The position numbers and the translations under genes were made by a program. The notes under the pieces were generated by a model that saw only the letters and a list, made by a program, of their open reading frames with translations, searched no databases and was not told the origin of the DNA. DNA of 64,000 nt from Octopus bimaculoides. Its lineage: Eukaryota. Positions 28,132 to 38,123 of this stretch are shown here, piece after piece. Location of the stretch: positions 45,097,431-45,161,430 of the forward strand of contig NC_068993.1 of the NCBI RefSeq assembly GCF_001194135.2. The letters are read 5' to 3'. The first letter of the stretch is position 1; every line of letters begins with the position of its first letter.

Positions 28132-29439
28132 GTTTAATGCCCTCTTTTCCATGCTTGCATGGGTCAGATGGAGTTTACTAAGGCAGATTTTTTACAGCCA
28201 GATGCTCTTCCTGTCGCCAACCCTTACCTGTTTCCAAGTGATGTAATATTTCCCTGTGGCCAGACATGTTCTTGCAGAATACTGGAAATCAACGACAATG
28301 CTTGTATGGCAGTGACATTCATTTACAACTGTTGTGCAATGTCAAGACAAAGAGACATGAACATACACAAACTGACACACACATGCATGAATACTGAAAT
28401 GTCCTGTTGTAAATTATAAGAACAACAGCAATGATAAAACATTGCTCTCTTTTCATCTGTATTATCCATACAAGCTAGAATGAGTGAAATTTATTAAATC
28501 AATGACACTGCTTGCATGACAGTGAGATTCACTTACAATTATCATGCAATGTCAGGACAAGGAGACGAAAACATTCACACACTTAACACACACATAAATA
28601 TATATACTGACATATTCTGTTGTGAATTATTAAACAAATGGCACTCCATCAGTTATGATGACAAGGGTTCCAGTTGATCTGATTAATGGAACAGCCTGCT
28701 TATAAAATTAATGTGCAAGTGGCTGAGCACTCCACAGACATATGTGCCCTTAATGTAGTTCTCAAGGGGAATTCAGTGTGACACAGAGTGTGACAAGGCT
28801 GGCTCTTTGAAATACAGATACTAAACATCTTTGCCAGCTGAGTGGACTGGAGCACTGTGAAATGAAGTGTCTTGCTCAAGGACATGACACGTTCCTGGGA
28901 ATTGAACTCATGACCTTGCAATTGTGAGCTGAATACCCTAACCACTTAGCCATGTGCCTTCACATTCTTAAACAAGAGCCATGATGAAAAATTGCTGTTT
29001 TAACATCCATTTTGTTCATACCAGCTAGCCTGAGTGAAATTAATTTAGTGTAAAATCCATAGTTGTTATGTAGCCTGGTGTCAGCTTTGACTGAAAAGAC
29101 CTATTGCATGCAGCTAGTTGATCATATGAGGGGGGGGGGGTTGAAAAGTTCCTGGTTTTAAGGGTAACACGAAAGGCCTGGTTGGAGGCCCAACCTTACA
29201 AGTTCTTTTACAGGGCTTAGGAAAACTGTAGGGCTGCTGCAATAAATGTATGAATCTGAGAGGGGAATTCGTTGAACGAAATCATAATTAACTGATCCTC
29301 TTGTATTTTCTTTTACCCAGGTAAAGCCAGGAACTGTTCAGCACTCCATCATATGTGATAAATACGAATGTACAAATATAATGGCACATATTGAGTGTGA
29401 TCGTTACCAACGTCGCCTCCCTGGCACTTGTGCCAGTGG

Positions 29440-29750
29440 CACATGAAAAGACATTCGAGCGAGATCATTGCCAGTGCCGATGGACTGGCTCTGGTGCAGG
29501 TGGCACGTAAAATACACCATTTCGAGCATGGCCGTCGCCAGTACCGCCTGACTGGCCCTCGTGCTGGTGGCACGTAAAAGCACCCACTACACTCTCGGAG
29601 TGGTTGGCGTTAGGAAGGGCATCCAGCTGTAGAAACTCTGCCAAATCAGATTGGAGCCTGGTGTAGCCATCTGGTTTCACCAGTCCTGTCCAACCCATGC
29701 TAGCATGGAAAGCGGACGTTAAACGATGATGATGATGATGATGATATGAC
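29440..29750 (+). mobile_element. RTE-type LINE/SINE 3' segment with (GAT)n tail (related copies at 12535, 17340, 28085, 30200, 37590, 47480, 53470)
   Basis: GGTTGGCGTTAGGAAGGGCATCCAGCTGTAG...CAACCCATGCTAGCATGGAAAGCGGACGTTAAACGATGATGAT is repeated many times in both orientations. Confidence 0.75.
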
Positions 29751-30607
29751 ACTTCATTTTAACAATAGTACATATAATGGTACTTATTGTAACACTGAAG
29801 TGTTATCATGTATACTGTCATAGCAGTAAGAGTGTGGTCATGTGTATTATAGTTATAGTGAAGTACCATCAGTTGTGCTATTTTAATAGTAAAGTGTCAT
29901 TATGTGTCTTTTGTTAAAATTAAAGTAGAGGAACTCTATTGTGTGTGTGTGTGTGTTGTGGTTACTTTGTCTTCCTGATCATCAGACTGAACACAAATTA
30001 TTTTTCTGCCACCAAGTCATACTCAATATATATATTGGTACCACTTATGTCCAAGTTTGGTTCAACCAGTGCCTCTATCATGCCTTATATATATAGATAT
30101 ATATATAACCTGACATAGCCTTATATATATAGAGATTCATGCATACATACATACATGCATACATATATACATACATACACACACGCACATATATACATAT
30201 ATCATCATCATCATCATCATTTAACGTCCATTGTCTATGCTGGCATGGGTTGGACAATTTGACCAGGGCTGGCCAGCTGGACAAGGTTCCAGTCTGATTT
30301 GACATGATTTCTACAGATGGATGCCCTTCCTAACGCCAACAACTTTACAGAAGGTGCTGGGTGCTTTCACATGGCACTGCAAGGGTGCTTTTACGTAACA
30401 CCACACGGGTGGCACTGCCACAAGTGCTTTACACCACCAGAGGGACCAGCCTTAACACTTCTGCTGCAGAGTATAGACCTTCTTGAGTACAACAAGGTGC
30501 CAGACATCTTGGTCCTTTTGTCATCTCACCTGGTAGGTTTAGCATCCTGAAGTTGTTCTTCAGTACTACATCTCGTCTTCCTGGGTCTCCCACTTCCATG
30601 TGTTCCA

Positions 30608-30638
<31 letters not shown>

Positions 30639-30902
30639 TATATTTTATTTATGTGCCCTTTCAAAGCCTAGCCAGGCTCATGGCCCCAGTTTCCATGGCA
30701 TATGTGTTCCTCCCAGCAGGACGGGGTGCCAGTCCATCGCAGCGTTACTCAAGAAACAAGAAGAAAGAGTGAGAGAAAGTTGGGGGGGTGGGGCGAAGGA
30801 GTACAACAAGGGTCGCCACCACCCCCTGCCGGAGCCTCGTGGAGCTCAGGTGTTTTCGCTCAATAAACACTCACAACGCCTGGTCTGGGAATCGAAACCG
30901 CA

Positions 30903-30933
<31 letters not shown>

Positions 30934-32725
30934 TATATGCATATATATATGTACATATATGTACATACCTTCATCTACAAGTACATATAGATACATATCT
31001 GGGTAGATGACGTTGCAAAAGAACATGGACAAAATTATAAACAAGGTACAAAAAACAAGCAGGCATTAAAAAGTTGAAATTCTGAAAAAGTCTTCTTTTC
31101 AAAATTGTAATCTTCAATCTCCATATTTCCAAATGTAGAATTCCAAAAATATTTTCAAAAATGGTGCAGCTAAAAATTTGGGCGGGTGAAGAACAAATCA
31201 AAAATTTGAAAAATTATTTTTTTTGCAGAACTTTGTTGTTGAAAATAGGAATCATAAAACATTTGAAAAAAAAAAAAATGTTGTAAATGTGGTGCTGTAT
31301 TCGATATGGCTGGCTAGATATTGTCAAATAATATCAATAATTCTCTTTTTTTGGCATATCTGCACAAGTGTACCACTATGAATTTGTTTCCTTGTAACTG
31401 TAAGAAAATTAGATATTTTTAAATGGAATTTTCTGCAAATATCCTTCAGATTGTGTCTATTCTGATTGTACAGGAATTTGCAGGAGAAGTAGAATTTTTT
31501 GGAGGTGGGAGGAGTTTGATAATTGACACGAGTTTAATTTGTTTCTTCATAGCTTTTAGAAACGTGTAATTTTTGATGAAATTTTCTACAAAAACTTTTC
31601 AGGTGGTGTAGAGTATGATTGTATTGGAAAATACAGATGGAATTTCACTACATATGCTAAGAACACAGCAACTGAAAGAATGAAAATGAAGTTTAAAACT
31701 GTTGTGAGGGTTAAGTTGCCTGCAGATACATATGGGGAAAATGTGAAAGCCATTGTAATTGATAAAGACAGATACTATAGGTTGAAGGAAATGTGTAACA
31801 TTGATCCGCTGGGATTTGCGGTGGAGTTTGATGAACTGCCGTTATTTTTGTGATGTGCTTCAATATGGGTGATTTCTTTTTTTCTTTTTTATTACATTAA
31901 ATTCCTATTTAATCGTAATCTACAGCATCTGAAAGGTATATGCAGAAAATTTCAATAAAAAATACCCATTTTTCTGAAAGTTATGAGGAAACAAAATTAA
32001 CTCAGGTGAATTATCCGAAACGCCTTTCCTGCACCCCGAAAACATTTTAAACCACAAATTGCAATACAAATGAACTCTACACCATCTGAAAGATATTACC
32101 AGAAAATTTCAATAAGAAATATAAATTTTCCTGGGAGTTATCAGGAAGTAAAGTCGTGATGAGGCACATACGCGTAGGTATGACATTTTTTTTTACGCAA
32201 GCTAATATCGAACCTGTTACCCATACTTTTAAATATCTTCCTGCTAATTAATTATTCTGTTAAAATTCAAACCGGCAACCCCTCTTTTATAATGTTCTAT
32301 TTCTAATTAGATGCTTGGGACATAAATAAGAAGAAAACATTCGTTTCACTTTTTTGAAGTTTCAATTTTTAAAAGCGAAAATGTTTTAATGTATTTCTGG
32401 AAATTGGGAGTCGTAAAACAGATATAAAAAGTTTCGTACGTATATCTCATATTTGCTGATATTTTAAATTGAATTGAATTTGATTTATTTGTTTCACATT
32501 TTCTTCCTGTTTACTTCATATAGATATTTATTTCCAAAAATATATACGATATTTCGATGGCATAAAATTTCAACAGCGCATATTTAAGAAAACAATTTTT
32601 TTAACATGTAAATATTTAAAGTAACTTGGCGTATAAAACCCAGATTTATTTTTGACAAAAAAAAAAGTGCATCTAATATGCTATCAAATTACGGTATTTA
32701 TTTCTGTTTCCCTAAAGAATAGAGC

Positions 32726-32869
32726 TGGCATGGGCAACCTTTTTGGAGAAGCGGGTCGCATGAGACATGAGTCATTATCGGGAGAGTCGCACTATTGAGA
32801 AAATTGAATGTAATATTTCATTTGGTGTACCATTCAGAGAGTCCACGAGCCGCAGGTTGCCCGTGATTG
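32726..32869. mobile_element. hAT-like MITE
   Basis: Imperfect TIRs CATGGGCAACCT / AGGTTGCCCGTG. Confidence 0.55.
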
Positions 32870-33780
32870 GAATGCAGTCTGAAGTTATCTTGTGCAGCGG
32901 TTCTCAACCATTTTTTTGCCTATGGACTCCTTTGAGGCGGAGGTAAATAATACGTAACAAAAGCCCTAACCCTAAACACCGGGTGTACGTATTCTTTACT
33001 TTCGTCCCCTTTGATTCCTATTTTACTCGAGTGGACCCGTTCAATGTTTTAAAAAATTCTATTTTTATAATTCAATATTATTTGGAATTGTATAAAAAAA
33101 AAACTGTTGAAATATTTTGTGTATTGTAGAANNNNNNNNNNNNNNNNNNNNNNNNNNNNNNNNNNNNNNNNNNNNNNNNNNNNNNNNNNNNNNNNNNNNN
33201 NNNNNNNNNNNNNNNNNNNNNNNNNNNNNNNNNNNNNNNNNNNNNNNNNNNNNNNNNNNNNNNNNNNNNNNNNNNNNNNNNNNNNNNNNNNNNNNNNNNN
33301 NNNNNNNNNNNNNNNNNNNNNNNNNNNNNNNNNNNNNNNNNNNNNNNNNNNNNNNNNNNNNNNNNNNNNNNNNNNNNNNNNNNNNNNNNNNNNNNNNNNN
33401 NNNNNNNNNNNNNNNNNNNNCAGCGACCGTTGTGACAGGACGTTTTTCCAGGCTCTGTGACAACATCGACCCCGACATGTGGTCGAAGCTTCCTTTGGTA
33501 TTATAGCGGCATGCTTTTCACCCGGGAACCAAACGGCTCTACACCAACCAGGAATAAATTATTGATCTGTTGTTACCGTTGACCCTCGTGTTTGTTGTAT
33601 TTCTGAATTTAATAAATAATATAAGAGCTGGGGAGAGATAGCCAAGCCATCATATCTCATCCAACTCTTATAATATCAACAAAGAAAATATTTTGTTACA
33701 TATATAATACGTATGCATGTCTAAATAGTACAAAAAGACAATAAAAAGGAGAGAAAGAAAGCAATCTCTACACTAGTATA

Positions 33781-33904
33781 CAGGATGTCCACGAAGTCTG
33801 GGTACATGGGAATTAACACTTATAAGAAATTATTATTTCTTATATTTAATTGTTTATATTATGATTTTATTTACTACATGTACCCAGACTTTGTGGACAC
33901 CCTG
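33781..33904. mobile_element. Tc1/mariner-type MITE, 124 bp
   Basis: TIRs CAGGATGTCCACGAAGTCTGGGTACATG / CATGTACCCAGACTTTGTGGACACCCTG with TA on both sides. Confidence 0.85.
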
Positions 33905-36269
33905 TATAATTATAGTAGATGTATACAGCCTGCCCTCCACTTAATTTACATATAAGGTAACAGTAATGAGGTTACAGAAGACAATACTATAACCAGAGAT
34001 TTTAAGTAATTCTATTTCTTTAAATAAATGAAACTGTAGAAATGATCGTGTGTTCTGTTAATTGGAAAATTCACTTCAATGTTCGTTAACAAAGATTACG
34101 TTTCACTCATTGACAACCTGGCTGCGGTTAACTCCCGAAAGAATAGAAACTGCACAGAGAATATCGACGATAGTGCAATATATCGTTACTGGCTGTATAT
34201 TATGATGTTATACGAGTCAGTGAGGGAGTCACTCCATGGTTGCCCAACCAGCTGGAAATAATTGACAAATATCGCACAAACCATACATTATTGTTTTGTA
34301 AAAAGAAATATATATTGGATAATGTTGTACTAATATATAAGTCAATATGGTTTCGGCTAGAATACTTTTGATCAAAAAGACCTGTTTGATTCTAAGTGCC
34401 GTGAGACGAGACTGAATGACAACAGATGTAATGTGTTCATGGTCAAGATATAGAACATCCGATGACTCACTTCAGCTAGCTGCAAATAATCAGCAGCAAC
34501 ACTGTTTATGAGTAAGTGGAGTTTGTTGGTAGACGCATTATTTTCGACCTGGTTATATTGATAAATTTACTACATTCATTTTTGTGATACAGACCGGGAA
34601 AGTAAAACTCAATGTGTGTGTGTGTGTGCGCGCACACACATTCACATAATTCAGTTTGCTATGCAACTCCACGTTCTTTCTAATGTACATTTTTGAAAAT
34701 CATACAAATGTACAGCCGTATTTATTTTAAATTTTAGATTAATCTCCATATCTATTCTGTACATTTTCAGCTTCATTTATTCCTTTCCATATTATTACTT
34801 GTATGGATAAGTAACGATTATATAAAATTATTATTTTTTTAATTGGCAGAAGTTGCAAAGTGATTCAGGGACCAAAAGTTTCGTGTATGATATTTTTGAT
34901 TAAGTGCCATGTACGAAACTTCCAGCTCTTGAGTCGCTTTGCAACAGCTGCCAATTAAAAAATAAATCCATTGCGTCACTTTTTTCCTTTTTTCTTTTTT
35001 TTTTTTTGTAATAGGTGAAACACACAGCAAACTCAAGTAGAAGCTCTTTGAGGAATCCCTGAAAGAAAGTGCATTTTTGTGCCCCTTGTCTAAATGTTTC
35101 AAATCCACTATTGCCCCATATTTGAATAAACTGGAACACATTAATTATAGAAACATTCAAGAATTATAATACTGAACTTATTGTATGCAGTGATTAGGTG
35201 CANNNNNNNNNNNNNNNNNNNNNNNNNNNNNNNNNNNNNNNNNNNNNNNNNNNNNNNNNNNNNNNNNNNNNNNNNNNNNNNNNNNNNNNNNNNNNNNNNN
35301 NNNNNNNNNNNNNNNNNNNNNNNNNNNNNNNNNNNNNNNNNNNNNNNNNNNNNNNNNNNNNNNNNNNNNNNNNNNNNNNNNNNNNNNNNNNNNNNNNNNN
35401 NNNNNNNNNNNNNNNNNNNNNNNNNNNNNNNNNNNNNNNNNNNNNNNNNNNNNNNNNNNNNNNNNNNNNNNNNNNNNNNNNNNNNNNNNNNNNNNNNNNN
35501 NNNNNNNNNNNNNNNNNNNNNNNNNNNNNNNNNNNNNNNGAGAATTCTGGGTATGAAATAAATATCTTCAAAAGTTATGTCCTTGAGTGTACTAAATAAA
35601 AAAAAGATGACTAGAGTTATAGTTGGAAAGATGATGGATGATTTAAATTTCCAATTCTTAATTTATTTTATGCTGCAACTTCTACCAGTTATTCATTTTT
35701 AGGTTTGTTACCTTTAGAGTATATTTGTCCCCAGAATGACTTTGTATTTCCTCTGGTTTGTAGGCTGATTGATCGACAAGAAACAAGTTCCTTCTAAACG
35801 ATACTTTGTCCTTCCACTATTGTATAGAACAGGTAGGACGAACATTATGTCCTCACATTCATCTGTGCAGATTTCAGTATCCTTCAGCATTGTGAATTCG
35901 GGACTGACAAGTTATTTCATTAAACCATGAAGCATTTTTCTCTCAGTGCCTATAGCAGAACCCACTCTATTGCAAGCATTTGGGCTGGGTTTCCAGTTTG
36001 AGATTCCTCCCTCCCTCCTACATAACCTGTTACAAGGATATTATAACAGATTACAGGCACCATCTTTCCTCTCTTTCCTGATTAAAGGACCAAATAAAAA
36101 GGGTTTTTTTTGGTAATTTTGTAAAGAAGGAAGCAATTGAAGGCATTGAAATGAGAAAGTATCTGTATGGCTTCGTAATATTCACATGCTAGCACTATTT
36201 GGATGATTCTGGTTATTGTTTCATATTTTTAAAATATCTTTTTTTTTTCAGTGTAAAATCCTGCTGAAA

Positions 36270-36380
36270 ATGTCCAAGCATCTTGGCGTTAGTTCTTTCC
36301 CTTTACCTCCCATGCAATATGTCAGGTACTGTACTGATGAAAATATGGCAAAAGGAATACCGGCACCACCACCAACTCAG
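36270..36380 (+). CDS. MED7: Mediator subunit 7-like, coding exon 1
   Basis: Acceptor ttttttcag ends at 36251, ATG at 36270 and donor CAG|gtaaaa. Encodes MSKHLGVSSFPLPPMQYVRYCTDENMAKGIPAPPPTQ, matching the MED7 N-terminal motif PPPMQY..YTDEN...G.AP.PPP. Confidence 0.88.
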
Positions 36381-36480
36381 GTAAAATTTATTTCCAATTG
36401 ACAAAANNNNNNNNNNNNNNNNNNNNNNNNNNNNNNNNNNNNNNNNNNNNNNNNNNNNNNNNNNNNNNNNNNNNNNNNNN

Positions 36481-36910
36481 CACACTTGCGATCTTCAATT
36501 CAGTTTCTGTGCCCATTTTCACCCATCATTGTGAATGTTGGGTAATGACTAAAAGAGTACAATTCAAATACAAGCAGTTGAAATGGGGTTTCTTCAAAGG
36601 ATCTCTGGAGTAATAGTGCTTGACAGAGTGCATAGCTTGGAGTCACTTCAGGTGGAACTGCTACTTTTTCCACAAAAGGTCATAGCTTCAATACTATGGA
36701 CATGTGATTAGAATACTTAAAAGATGGATCATGAGAAGGATCAAGCAGACTGGCAGGGAGAGGCCTAGGGTTAAACAAAAAGCAAGATGGTTGGATAATA
36801 TCCATATTCTCATTTGGTCACACTTGGGAATTCAGCCAGAATGTGTAATGACAGTTGTTTCTGATGGGACCCAATCAAGGAGGTACCTGAGGTCTCTAAT
36901 CCCTATAAAC
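36481..36910 (+). mobile_element. RTE-clade LINE RT C-terminal fragment in the MED7 intron
   Basis: Frameshifted translation gives VPI.T..CECWVMTKR...QAVEMGFLQRISG...LQYYGHVIR...RPR..KARWLDNI, typical of the region after the RTE RT domain. Confidence 0.7.
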
Positions 36911-37065
36911 CTCTTAGGATAGCAGGCACTGAAGATAAATGGGTGGATAGACAAAATAAGTTTAAATATACTGACATTGTATATTATGAAAGCATTTCAC
37001 TCCTGAAAAATCTTGCTGAAATGTTTTCTGTAGCATGAAACCTATTTTCCCATTGCCTTTAGATT

Positions 37066-37440
37066 GTTGTTGTTGGCACTCTGTTGCTTATGACGTCGAG
37101 AGTTCCAGTTGATCCGATCAATGGAACAGCCTGCTTGTAAAATTAACGTTTAAGTGGCTGAGCATTCCACAGATATGTGTACCCTTAATGTAGTTCTCAG
37201 GAATATTCAGTGTGACAAGGCTGACCCTTTAAATTACAGGCACAACAGAAACAGGAAGTAAGAGTGAGAGAAAGTTGTGGTGAAAGAGTACAGCAGGGTT
37301 CGCCACCATCCCCTGCCGGAGCTTCGTGGAGCTTTTAGGTGTTTTCGCTCAAACACTCATAACGCTTGGTCTGGGAATCGAAACCGCGATCCTATGAACG
37401 TGAGTCCGCTGCCCTTAACCACTGGGCCATTGCGCCTCCA
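37066..37440 (-). mobile_element. tRNA-derived SINE family D in the MED7 intron
   Basis: 12-bp TSD TGCCTTTAGATT (37054-37065; 37441-37452); colinear with 54555-54944. Confidence 0.85.
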
Positions 37441-38123
37441 TGCCTTTAGATTAGATGTAAATCAATGAACATAAAAATCAGAGAAAACATGTACCACTCT
37501 ACAGAACTCTGTTAATGCATGGTTTTCTTGAATGTAATACTTCAATAATATGGAATACTGTGTAAAAAGTACTCAGCCCATTCAGTGGAGTGGTTGGTAT
37601 TTGGAAGGGCATCCAACCATAAAAAACCATACCAAAGCAGATACAGAAGTATGGTGCAGGCTTCTGCCTGGTCAGCTCCTGTCAATCTGTCCAACCCATG
37701 CCAGCATGGAAGGAGGACATTAAATGACGATGATGATGTAATACTTCCATAATATAGGTGATGTATATATTAAGATAATGAATGCAATTAGGGTTAATCT
37801 GGGTTAAACTCCTCATCCCGTTTTAAAAAAAGGGGATGCAACAAAGTTTGCAGGAGATTTTCTCTGGCTGAATGCCTTTTCTGTTGCCATCCCATGCTTT
37901 TGAGTAAGGTAATATTTTCTTATGATCAAACATCTTCATAGAATTCAATCACAAGACATTGGTTGATCTGGGGTTATAGTTGATGACACTTGGCTAAAGT
38001 GTTGCACAATGGGACTGAACATGAGACCACATGGTTGCAAAAGTGAGCTTCTTAACCACACAGCCATGCTTGTACCTATATAGAAATAATTATTTTTACA
38101 ATTTTTTTTTTTTTTTTTTGCAG

